A stretch of 63,979 nucleotides of DNA, counting the filler, from Welwitschia mirabilis (lineage: Eukaryota): the NCBI GenBank assembly GCA_051453625.1. It is 5 parts of one record of this genome, joined end to end, with 100 filler letters (N's around TTAATTAATTAA, not from the genome) between each part and the next. Parts side by side here need not be neighbours in the genome. Positions count along the whole stretch, not along the records: positions 19,163 to 33,560 come from JBOZIK010000001.1; positions 33,661 to 55,324 come from JBOZIK010000001.1; 3 more parts are not named here. One strand, written 5' to 3'. A model generated the notes under the pieces. It did not search any database. It worked only from the letters and a program-made list of their open reading frames with translations, and was not told the origin of the DNA. Within the stretch, counting starts at the first letter, position 1. Every line of letters begins with the position of its first letter. Both the position numbers and the translations under genes were made by a program. Positions 27,597 through 38,900 of this stretch are shown in pieces.

Positions 27597-29437
27597 GTAA
27601 TTTTATTATAACTCCTATATGCATTTGTTTACTCTTCCCTACTGTCTGAGTTCTGCTTATCAGCTATGAAAAGCTTTTGCATTATATTATTATAAATGTC
27701 AATTAACCAAGATTTCTGTCTGAGAAATACGTTTTTTTTCAAATTGTCAGTTAACAGATTTTGTAGCCACGTCTTTGAAGTTTTTTTTTTCAAATATTAA
27801 TTGTATATGATCTTACTGAGTGGTCATTGTCTATTAAGTAGTTTGTGCACAAATAATACTCTTCAGCTATCACAAACATACTATTATGGTTACAATTTGG
27901 TTCACCTATAAACTTATGTGAGAAATGTTTGATGTTCTAAATTGTTTTAGGTGATTGTTCAAGCATTAATGTATGTCATGGGAATTCTCCTAGAAATAAT
28001 AAAAAACTACTAGAGAAACATTGTTACAATCGCAAATGCTCAATTTTTGTTTTTTAAATTAACCTAGAAGACATTTAGAGAAACAAATACAAATGTCATG
28101 TTCTTAGTTGTTCCCCTCTTATGGGGAGATTCATATGAAAGAAAGGAGGTTGTCAATGAGGAGAATCAGCGTAAGTCAAGATGAACTCATAGGTGCTCCC
28201 TTTGTAACTCTGGATACTCATGTTTGATTACATTGACAAAAATATTAATTGGATCAAATTGATCATAATAATAGGGGATGGTTAGCATGTTCAAATTGAG
28301 AGCAACATGACAAAGGGCTTCTCTAATTTTTTTAATTTAACTTTTCAATATCGTTAAATATTAAAAGGTTCAACATGACCTTTGGTTTGATAACATCAGT
28401 GCAAGGCTGAGTAACTAGGACACTCACATTAGAAGCATGCTATTTTATCAGAAGAGACAGGTCCCTTTTCCTTTTTTTTCTTTTTTTTATTTTTGAGAAA
28501 TTGAAAACCCCAATATATTGGGATTGCAAAAAGGTTTTGAAAATGAGGAGTCTCTGGGCTTCCTAAACACAAGCATCATCGAAACTGACTAGTTAACCAA
28601 CACAAGGCAAAAAAGCAGCACAGGCTAAACTAACCAGCTAGAGTGTTCCTTCAACTACGAACAAACCACTGGCAGGCAATAAAAGCCAAAAACAGCATTA
28701 CAAATTGAACAATCCAGCTAAAGTGTTCCTTCGAGTATAAACATGACAAAGGTAAATAGAAAAAACCTGCACTACTATTTAGAAAGTTATGTCAGTTGTC
28801 TGTTCTGCTAGGGCTCTGTTACAAATCCAGGTAGCCGTTCTAATTGTTCCTTTAAACAGTTTCAAATCTCTGGCCTCCCAAAGTTCATACCACATACAAA
28901 TAAGCAAAGCCTCCAGTGGTTTCCTTTTATCCTTATGCACAAGAAGCGTCTGCAACCTTTGGGACATCCTTAAAGGTTAAGCCACCATGAAGATACCTCT
29001 CGTGCAATACTTCAATCCATGGCTTTTTCCTAGTAGAGAACTGCGAGCTTCCCTAGAAAAGCCATATTGAAGGCTAAAACTTGCTTTAACCCCAAACCAC
29101 CTTCTCCTTTCCTCTGGCAAACCTCCTTTCATCTACCCTTTTAATAATAGGATCCCACAGATTTTTATTTAAAACCAGAAGTAAGGGGCATACCTAGTAT
29201 TTAGAAATCTGTCCACCAAACATTGCAAAACATGACTGAAATTGCTCATCCAATTCTTTTGCACACCCAAGCTATAAGGTTTACTCTTACTTAAAGTTAT
29301 TATGAGACCTGAAGCATTTGAAAATTGGACAATATCTCCTTAATTATTGACACATTCTCCTTGGTCTTTTTCAGCAAAAGGAGAGTGTCATCCACAAATT
29401 GCACATGAGTGAATTGCTTCCAACCATAAGGGAGGAT

Positions 29438-30167
29438 CATAGTATTCAAAATCGGAATCGGCACAAAATTTGGCAATTAGCATAAATTCTTTAAAATATA
29501 GGAAAATAATTTTTCTTAGAAACAAGACTGGTTGAAGATGATTCTACACATTGAAAAACATACAGGAAAAATAGTAGACCTATCATACCATTTCTTAGTT
29601 TCATATAGAGATTTATGTGCATGTCCTGATTCTGACCCTTTGTTGGATTAAGAAAAGATGTAATAACTAAAATATGGATGTGTTTTACATTAAGATCTAA
29701 GATAATTCCATAATTAGTATGTATAGATTACTTTGAATGTTTCAAAATTCTAATTTTCATAGTCCAGTGACGCAAAAATTTAAAGTACATTGAAAACTCA
29801 TTGTTCATCAGTTGTTTTTTCATATAAAGCAAGTGTATGTGATATTCTAACATGCATACGTAAATAAAAAGCAACGGATGCCAAGTATTGAGTATCAACA
29901 ATAATATATGTTGGCCCAACCAGGCTGCCACTTGACTAATGCTACTATCCCCTAGAGGCCATCTGTTTTGTCAAAAATACCCAGAATCACAATCCACAAA
30001 AAATTTATAATTTTTGCAGTTGCAATTTCATGGAAAAAATCACACTAATCGACAATCTATTGTGAGTTGCAATTAATTCCGCTTAAATCTGATTTTTGGA
30101 GGTACAAAAATCAGGCTGATCAATGTCAGATCAGCCCAGATAGAAATCAGCAATTTTGAATAGGGTG
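29438..30167. mobile_element. Non-autonomous hAT-like DNA element inserted in the LINE RT
   Basis: Imperfect TIRs CATAGTATTCAAAA / TTTTGAATAGGGTG; degenerate 8-bp flanks GGGAGGAT / GTTGGGAT; LINE RT sequence continues on both sides. Confidence 0.6.
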
Positions 30168-31184
30168 GTTGGGATAATTCCAGAAATGATCCTTCTATTT
30201 TATTAGTTCTGAGATATAAACTGCAGAGCCCTCCCTAGGAAGGAAACGAGGGAGAGAAAAAAAAGAGAGAGAGAGAAATTGAATCAACTTGACAAAGACT
30301 ACTAGTAGCATGGAAGCTGCCATTCCGAAAGCTGTTTACTAAGATTGAGAAGTCTGCTGAGCTAAACTTTAGTTTACTTACCCAATGATCCAGAATCTTT
30401 TGCAAAATCATCTCTGTATATGGCCATAAAACTCTATCATAAGCCTTGTTGATGTCAAATTATAGTACCACATTTTTTTTGCTTTTGTGTACTAGCTGAA
30501 TGATTAAGCTCCTGAACTACTAGCACCTGGTCACAAATATGTCTTCTTTCAGTAAAACCTGCTTGTTCTTCTGCAATAATGTTAGGCAACACTTTTCCTA
30601 AATGGAGAGGAGAAAAAAAGGGACAACATTTTACATTCTGTGGCACATAAGAAACAGGTCTATGCTTCCTGATGTTTCAAGCATCCTGAGCTTTTGGAAG
30701 GCTAATGATCCAAGTAAAGTTGAACTTGTGCAGGATCTTGTCTGTATGCCAAAATTTGAAAACCATGTGCATGATACCCCTCTTAACTTATTCCCAAGAA
30801 TTCTTTGAGAATTCTTTTGAAAATTATCTGCTCCTCGGTTATTAGTATTAGGCATTGAGAAAATGACATTTTTAATTTCTTCAGCTGTAGGTTCAACATT
30901 AAGAATAGGGATATCATAGTAGGGTCATCCCTTATAAATAGTGTATACAAACTGTAACTTTCTGAAGGTCACACTCTCTACTACTAAGTCCACCACGCAA
31001 TAATTCTTTGTAAAATGAAGCAATCTGCTCAGTTTCTGTCTGATTTTGACACTAAGTCCCAATGCCGTTTTCCAGACCTCTAATTCTAATATAACTCCTA
31101 CGAAAACTGAAGCATACATGAAAAAATGAAGAGTTTGCATCCTGATATCTGATCCAATCAATTCCAGCTTTTTGGTTCCAGTGT

Positions 31185-31187
<3 letters not shown>

Positions 31188-31215
<28 letters not shown>
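31188..31215. repeat. (CT)14 microsatellite inside LINE ORF2
   Basis: Directly visible; produces the RERERE runs in the ORF track. Confidence 0.95.
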
Positions 31216-31218
<3 letters not shown>

Positions 31219-31611
31219 GAACATGATAATATTGATGAAGGGGATCCCACTTCTCATTCTTCTTTTGTTTATTCCAGCCATGTGCTGTTATCTTCTCTTG
31301 GACAAAAGAGACAGGACTTTCAAGAAACTTTGTGTTGTATTTGTATTGCCACTTCACCCTTTCATAATACCAGTTTTCTTATTTTGTAATTAGGAATGAT
31401 GAAAATAATTTTCTTACTAGGTAATGTTTCTTAAAACTGTTGGAAGTTTTCTAGATCTGGAATCTTTTCAGTTGCCCTTTAGTAAGCTTCATTTTACCAT
31501 TTTAATACTATATTTTTCAACAGCTATTGGATGGTGCTAGACAGAGTACTTTTAGAATGAAATTCAAGTTGGTATCAGTTGTCATTGCATGTTTCATTCA
31601 TAAAATTTCAG

Positions 31612-31750
31612 GTTGAACTTCTTGAATGGGCTGATGACTTAGAACTGCACTACCTGAAAGGATATGGAGAATCTTTAAATTATCGCATGGGAGTACCACT
31701 TCTCCAAAATGTTATGCAGTCCATGGAGCAAGCAATTTCAATGCAAAAGG
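31612..31750 (+). CDS. MINPP1: MINPP1-like exon B (VELLEWADDLELHYLKGYGESLNYRMGVPLLQNVMQSMEQAISMQK)
   Basis: Acceptor TTTCAG, donor GTAATA, 139 nt, phase 0/1; conserved LLEWxDDLE..LKGYGxSLNYxMGVPLL motif. Confidence 0.95.
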
Positions 31751-32416
31751 GTAATAGATAAAATGCCTTCTAAACATTAGCTTACATAACTTTTTAAACA
31801 ATATATGTGTCTNNNNNNNNNNAATTCAATTTTTAATTTTCAATTTTTTAACACTTTTAATGATAAAGGTCAATCCTAGTGTAAATGAATGTTTTGTATT
31901 CATAGCTAATTAAGACAGTTAAGCTGTGAATACTTCGCAATCTTCGCATCCATTGCTATATTTATATTAAAAGTGCTGTAAAATGAATACCATTATTACA
32001 GTAATGAAAACATGGGACGAGTGAAGCATAGAAGAATTTGTTTCTGTAATTAGTTCTAGCTTTATTTTAATAAATAAAGCATGTGCCTCTTGGATTAAGA
32101 ACATGTGTGAATGTATTTTGAAAAGAGTTTGGATGTCCTGGTTACATTAATTATATTTTGCCATTTTTCCAATTCTAAAATTGAAATGGATGCATGTGTG
32201 GTTTTAAAAAGGAAAGTTGCTACTTTAATGTACATTTGGATACATTAAAAACCTGGTAAATTGTCATTTTGTGCACATCTTTTTACGAATTTTAAAGAAA
32301 TATGTTTTACCCTCACAAAAGAGCATAGTTTTCTTAGTGTTCTTCAAGTTTTTGCATGGAACATATTTCTTTTTCACACCTAGATGTATAATAATACATA
32401 TGATTTTTCAAATCAG

Positions 32417-32521
32417 ATATTCACAGCTCAAACATCATGGAGAAGGCAAGGTTAAGATTTGCCCATGCAGAGACTGTTATTCCATTTTCATGTCTTCTGG
32501 GCTTGTTCCTTTCTCCTTCAG
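32417..32521 (+). CDS. MINPP1: MINPP1-like exon C (DIHSSNIMEKARLRFAHAETVIPFSCLLGLFLSPS), carrying the HAET proton-donor motif
   Basis: Acceptor AATCAG, donor GTGAGC, phase 1/1; EKARLRFAHAET is characteristic of plant MINPP. Confidence 0.95.
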
Positions 32522-32643
32522 GTGAGCAAATGGTTAGATGTCCTTATTCGGAAAGGATAACTCTGTCCTCTTCAGCAATACATCAGTGCCTTTCACAATG
32601 TAACAATAAGATAGTGAATCTCATGGCATTTATCTGGTTGCAG

Positions 32644-32867
32644 AGTTAGAGAATGTTAAGAGTGAAAATGCTTTAGATCCACCACCAAAACCACCCCAAC
32701 AAAGGACATGGAGAGGTAGTATAGTCGCACCATTTTCTGCAAATATTATGGTTGTCCTTTACAGGTGTCCTATCGAACTTGGTGATTTGAAAGCGAAAAT
32801 GACTGAAGAAGATAACAGTGAATATTTTGTTGAAATCTTGCACAACGAGGAAACTATTTCTATTCCG
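32644..32867 (+). CDS. MINPP1: MINPP1-like exon D (ELENVKSENALDPPPKPPQQRTWRGSIVAPFSANIMVVLYRCP...YFVEILHNEETISIP)
   Basis: Acceptor TTGCAG, donor GTAAGA, phase 1/0, no stops; PPxPP..R.WRGS.VAPF.AN...VLY.CP and LHNE motifs. Confidence 0.95.
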
Positions 32868-32904
32868 GTAAGAACCGCAGGACGAACTTTGGTTCATTTT
32901 CTGA

Positions 32905-32906
<2 letters not shown>

Positions 32907-32954
<48 letters not shown>
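32907..32954. repeat. (TG)24 intronic microsatellite
   Basis: Directly visible, 40 bp after the exon D donor. Confidence 0.97.
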
Positions 32955-32957
<3 letters not shown>

Positions 32958-33560
32958 TGTATTTTTAACTATATTTCACAAAGTACATGCATCGATCCTT
33001 CGATGAAGACCTGCTAGCTATTTTCATTCAAGAAACATACTCACTTGTTGGTTCTTTGCATGCTAAGTTTCTTTTCTTGTATGTGTAAAAGCATTCCCTG
33101 AATCATGAGTCATTATACCTTACACTATGTTAAATAAAGAAATATTGGGTAGCTCACTAACATGTGGTTCTAAATTGTGAGAACATGCTTCCTTATAAAA
33201 TTTGGTGTGAAGAACACACAGATTCCTTTTATTAAATATTTCATTTAGAGAAAAGTGAAACTAGGTTACTGCTCATTGGAGATAGATCTCTACAGTGATC
33301 TTAATTAACCTATTGATCAAACGAGGAAAGATTCTGTATTATTGAAATATAGCCTTTTGGTGAGAGATCAACTTTGTTTGCAAATAATAACTTCATAAGC
33401 CTTGATTTCTTGTCTGGTTTCGAGAATTTAGACATGTTTAGCTGAAGTGCCTACAGGTTGGTGATGATGATGGCACACCACTCCTGTCTGACATATCTCT
33501 AATCATGCTTCTCCCTTATCCCCACTCCCCCACCCCTGCTCCCCAACTCTCCCCCCTTTT

Positions 33561-33660
33561 NNNNNNNNNNNNNNNNNNNNNNNNNNNNNNNNNNNNNNNN
33601 NNNNTTAATTAATTAANNNNNNNNNNNNNNNNNNNNNNNNNNNNNNNNNNNNNNNNNNNN
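33561..33660. other. Artificial scaffold linker
   Basis: 44 N + TTAATTAATTAA + 44 N. Confidence 0.95.
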
Positions 33661-33960
33661 GCTTAATTCCTAAAGCTTTATGATGATTTTCCCTGGACAT
33701 TAGACTAGAAAGGGGTTGAACAATCTAAATCTTTATGTGCTTCTATTATTGTTGTTGCTACCTTCTTATTTTCTATAAGTGTTTTCATAACAATTTGTAT
33801 TAGAGCTTAGGGTTGTGGAATTCTACAACTTGGATGATTAGTTCAAGATATCATAATTTGTGAGCAAACCAGACCAACATACCATAAGTGAAGTGAAGTG
33901 AGTGAAGCAAAGCATACTATTGTATCGAATCTATCAAAAATGGGTTATGGAGCGAATCAA
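33661..33960 (+). mobile_element. Copia 5' LTR end (33792), degenerate tRNA-Met PBS and probable gag start
   Basis: ...CATAACA followed by AT TTGTATTAGAGC, close to the TGGTATCAGAGC PBS. Confidence 0.55.
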
Positions 33961-34269
33961 NNNNNNNNNNNNNNNNNNNNNNNNNNNNNNNNNNNNNNNN
34001 NNNNNNNNNNNNNNNNNNNNNNNNNNNNNNNNNNNNNNNNNNNNNNNNNNNNNNNNNNNNCCCCAAAGAGATGTGTCCAATGGGGCCAACTAAATCAAAA
34101 TGAATTAATTCTAATCTATATTATTTTAAATGCTTACTGTTTCTTCTGAAATTCACTCTTTAACTTTGACCGATCACACAATCCAAACAGAAATCAAAAG
34201 AGAAGGAAACTTTAAGTAATAAACTTTTAGAAATAAGTACATGTAGACTTGTTTCACTCAGATGCCCAA

Positions 34270-35996
34270 GGTGCTTGTGTTAAGTACTTGTTGCAACTTC
34301 TCCACTGGCTGAACAACCTGAACTACCAAGATTAACAAAACGTAAAACATAGATGGTACCTTCTCTAGTCCCACAGGCAATTACTAATGCGCCTTTGCTG
34401 ATTTTCGAAGAACTGCTATCAAACGTGGTCGTAAAACCATCGTCACTAAGCTGACCAGCTGAGATTAGATTCTTTGCCAAACCTGGAACATGTCTGACAT
34501 TGGTCAAAGTAATGATCTGGCTATGCTGTCTCATGAAAACAACTGTTCCTTTGCCTTTGACCTCATATTTGCGATCATCTCCCAACCAAACACATGAACC
34601 CTCTGCAATAGGTTCATAAGAAGAAAAGAATGTTTTTCTTGGGCAAACATGAAATGAGGCACCAGTATCAATTATCCAAACCTCTGGAACCGAGTACACA
34701 CAGACATTAACATCTCCTCCCTGCATTAATAGAGCAATGTCAGCTTCACTATCCGAAGGTAAAGCAGAGCTGGAAGCGTCCTTGTTCTTTTCATCCCTCT
34801 TCTTACGTGTGTCTTTAAGCTTCCAGCAATCTTTTATCATATGTNNNNNNNNNNNNNNNNNNNNNNNNNNNNNNNNNNTGCCTGGGGATCTAACAATGCT
34901 CTTGCTTCTACTATATCCTCCTCTAGATTGCGAACGTCCTCTATGAGTTGCCAAAGCCTTTCCTTGTTTCTCGCTGCTAGATGCACCAAATGCATTCTAC
35001 TTTTCTATCTCCAATAACATTGCTATAAGTTCTTTAAGTGTCAAACTATTATTACCAACAGACATTAAAATCAAAGTTACCATAATCGACCAGCTCTAAG
35101 ACAATGAAATCAGAATAGCAGTAATGCGCATCTCCTCCGTAAATGTAATCCCAAGATCATCAAATTGTGAAAAATATGTTTTGCATCTCATCCAAATAAC
35201 TCAAAAAGTTTGTTCTTTCCTTCATCTTTGTAGTAAAAGCTTGTCTTAGGACCACATACCTATTTATCATAGAAGGCTAATCGTATCGGTGTTTCAACTT
35301 TGGACAGAGTTCCTGTGCAGTCAAAACTCTTGAATAAGCCTTCAAAATGCTATTGTTGAGACAGGTGCAAATGAAAGAGAAGGCATTAGAATTTATCTCA
35401 TCCCATTAAGCATCTGGCATGAAGGTCAACCAACCAATATCATCCATCTTCAGATCTGCCTTTGCTTGTGCTTTCGTCTTTAAAGCAAGCTTACATACCT
35501 TTTGCTGCAGAATGTCTTCCATCAAGATTTTCCACACACCCCAATTTTTTGGGCCCAAAAGTCTGTCTGTTGTTTGCAAATGCTCCATTGGAAACCCTAG
35601 CACTTCGATCTGAACTTGTTAACAAAAAAAAAATTTGTTGATGTGCTTCGCGCACTTCACAAAGGGCTCGCTACGCTCGCAATCTCGCTCTAATACCACT
35701 TGTTACAAATCTATCAAGAAGAAAGTACTTAAACAAAATGGAATAGTAGGCACATAAAAGGAATAATATAGAATTTATGTGATTCAAGCTCTTTTTACCC
35801 CACGTCCACGAGAAGCAATGCAGAGCTCTATTGATTAATTAGGAGCAAATGTGTCCAGATACAACAAACAACTCCCTAACAGGTTTATATAGCCCTAGAG
35901 TTAGGGTTACAAGCCAATCCCCTTTTACAACTTTAAATAGGGGTCAATCTTAAAACATAACATTACAACTTAAATAATATTTTTGCCTTCTCAACA
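34270..35996 (-). mobile_element. 5' part of a Copia (Tork/Tnt1-like) element: LTR 35701-35996, PBS 35687-35698, gag and protease
   Basis: PBS TGGTATTAGAGC; gag NWGVWKILMEDILQQK; zinc-knuckle remnant H..KDC; protease WIIDTGASFHVCP and LTNVRHVPGLAKNLISAGQL. Confidence 0.92.
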
Positions 35997-35999
35997 TTG

Positions 36000-38900
36000 A
36001 CCTCATTACTATAGGCTTGACAGGTGCTCCTCAAACTACAAGTCTAGGCAGTAAGAAGTACTTCTTAGTCATGGTTGATGGTTACTCTACGTTTACTTGG
36101 GTATCATTTCTGACAAATAAGTCTGAAGCTTGGAATTTTTTGTTGAAATACGTAATCTAGTGCAAAACGAAAAAGGTTGCATTATTAAGAAAATTAGAAG
36201 TGACCATGCTAGAGAATTTGAAAATCAATCTTTTCAAAGATATTGTATTGACATTGGAATTAATCATGAATTCTCAGCTCCAAAAACTCCTTAACAGAAT
36301 GGAGTGGTTGAGAGAAAGAATAGAGTACTTCAACAAAGAGTACTTCAACAAATGGCAAGAACAACGTTGAATCGTAAGGAGGTACCTAGAACCTTTTGGG
36401 CAAATGCAGTAAATACAACTTGTTATATTGTTAATCAAGTTTACTTGAGGAGTGATCAGCTTCGTCATTGTTGATCACCTATGGGTTGGAAAGGTAGCAA
36501 ATTAAATGTGTCATAGTTTAAACGGTTTGGGAGTATGTGCTCCATGTTAAAAGATAGAGAAATTATAAGAAAGTTTGATTTTAAAGTTGCAAAGCTATTT
36601 TTCTTGGATGTTCTTTTAAGAGTAGAGCACATAGAGCCTTTAATAAACAAATCCTTTTCATAGAAGAATCTATAAATGCAAAAATTGATGATGCTATCAC
36701 TAGTCATTTTAGTGCACATGATGATGAAAGAGCACCATTTAAGGATTTCTCTTATGACAAGGTATACTTAAGAAGAAGTGGTAGATCTAGTCAAAAATCA
36801 ATGACATATGATGGTCAAGCTCAAGAGCTCAAGGATTATCCACTTGATACAATTACTAGAGATGTTAAACTCAGTTATGCACACAAGACAATCTCTTAAA
36901 AACTTTTGTGCTCATCTCTTATGTATGTTAGGTAGAGCTTAAGGATTTTGATAAAGCGGAAAGAAATGAAGAATGGATCTTGGCAATGCAAGAAGAACTA
37001 AATCACTTCACAAGAAATGATATGTGGGATTTGGTGCTAGGACCCACAAACAAGAACGTAATTGGGACAAAGTGGATCTTCAAAAACAAGCGTGATGAAA
37101 ACAATGTAATCACAAAGACCAAGGCAAGACTTGTGGTGTAAGGTTTCAATCAAATCGAAGGTACTGATGTTGGAGATACTTTTACTCCAGTTGCCAATTT
37201 AGAAAGCATTTGTAGGTTCTTATCTTTTGCCTCATACAAAAAGCTTAAAGTTTTCAGATGAATGTTAAAAGTGCATTTTTAAGTGGTACTCTTAATAAGG
37301 AAGTTTATGTCGAACAACCCAGAGTATTTATTGATCCTTTTCGTTCAAATCATGTATATAAACTTAGAAAAGCTTTGTATAGTTTAAAGCACACACCAAG
37401 AGCCAGGTATGAATAGATAGCTAGCTTTCTTACAACTTGTGCATATAAAAGAGGCTCTATAGATAGAACTCTATTTATCAAGAATCTGGATAAGGAATCT
37501 AGATAAGGATTTCATAATTATTCAAATATATGTAAATGATATCATACTTGGCTCTTCAAATGAAAAGTTGTCAGTAGAATTTGCAAGCTTGATGCAAAAA
37601 ACACTTTGACATGAGCATAATTGTGGAGGTTAGTATGTTCCTTCTGCTGCTAGGTGATCAAGGTATCTTTCTTAACCCAAATATGCAAAAGACTTACTTA
37701 AAGGTTTAAGTTGGAAAATGCAAAATCAGTAAACACATCCATGTCGATCAATATTAAAATAGATGTTGATCTAGAGGGTAAAGCAGTAGATTAGAAATTA
37801 TATAGAAGCGTCATTAGAAGTTTATTGTATGTAACAGCCACCGAACCTTATATAATGTTTAGTGTTAGTGTGTATGTGATAGATACCAAGTGAATCCAAA
37901 GGAGTCTTACTTGCAAGCAGTCAAAATACATCAAAGGTACTAGTGAATTTGGATTATGATATCCATGGACAACATCATATGAACTTCTAAGTTTTAGCAA
38001 TGTGGATTGGGCCAAATGCAAAGATGATAAGGAGCGCAAAAGTGGAAGGTGCTTCTTTCTTGAATCATGTGTGGTGGCAACAGCAAGGGAAAAGCAAACT
38101 TTCTGATGTCATTAGCCACAAATCAAGCAGAATACATAAAAGCTTGGAATTGTTACAGTTAATTACTTTTAAGGAAAGAAATGACAAAGGATTTTGCAAC
38201 AACACTAGTGTCATCAACATTTCCAAAGATCTAGTATTACACTCATGCACAAAACACATTGAAATTCAGCACCATGCTGTTCATGAACAAGTAAAAAGAG
38301 AACGTTTCAATGAAATTTGTTAGTATTGAAAGTCAATTTGCTAATATTATTACCAAGCCTTTTAGTTATAATCATTTTTTTTTATTTTAAGAAGAAAGCA
38401 TGGATTTGTCCTCTATCCTCAAACTAAAAGCAAGACGGTCAACTAGATTTCCATTCCGATCGCCAGATAATCCTGCTGAGATGAGGTCAACCAATCTAAA
38501 ACTCATAGTCTAGATTCAAACCAGGCTTACAATCAGGTCAACTACCTAGACTAGTCGATCAGATCTAGAGTAGTCCGAGCCCACTTTCAATAGGGTTGAT
38601 CAGACAAGATATGTGATTGACCAACGCGACATAAAAAGCATGATAGTTTTTTGGACTCCAAATGATACTTAAATCTGCTTAAATGTTAGAAGCTTCTTAA
38701 AGAAACTACCCCACATCTATTTAAAAACACTCTCCCTCACCTTTTTGACTCATTTCATTTGTCAACATCCTACACCTTTTCTGTCATGTCAACATCCAAA
38801 GTCTGTTCTTTGTTTTCCTTGGGAAGCTGAGAATCGTTGAAGGGTCATCAAGCAAGGGACTAAAGACCTTAAGAAGCAACCTGCCATCATACTTCTTTGG

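Larger units (their letters stand above)
28470..31390 (-). mobile_element. 5'-truncated L1-type LINE in a MINPP1 intron, antisense to the gene
   Basis: ERIHWNQKAGIDWIRYQDANSSFFH, IIAEEQAGF...ICDQVLVVQEL, DINKAYDRV, HVQFVDDTL, LGMPL, WYELWEARDLKLF; A-rich tail on the minus strand at ~28470-28495. Confidence 0.9.
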
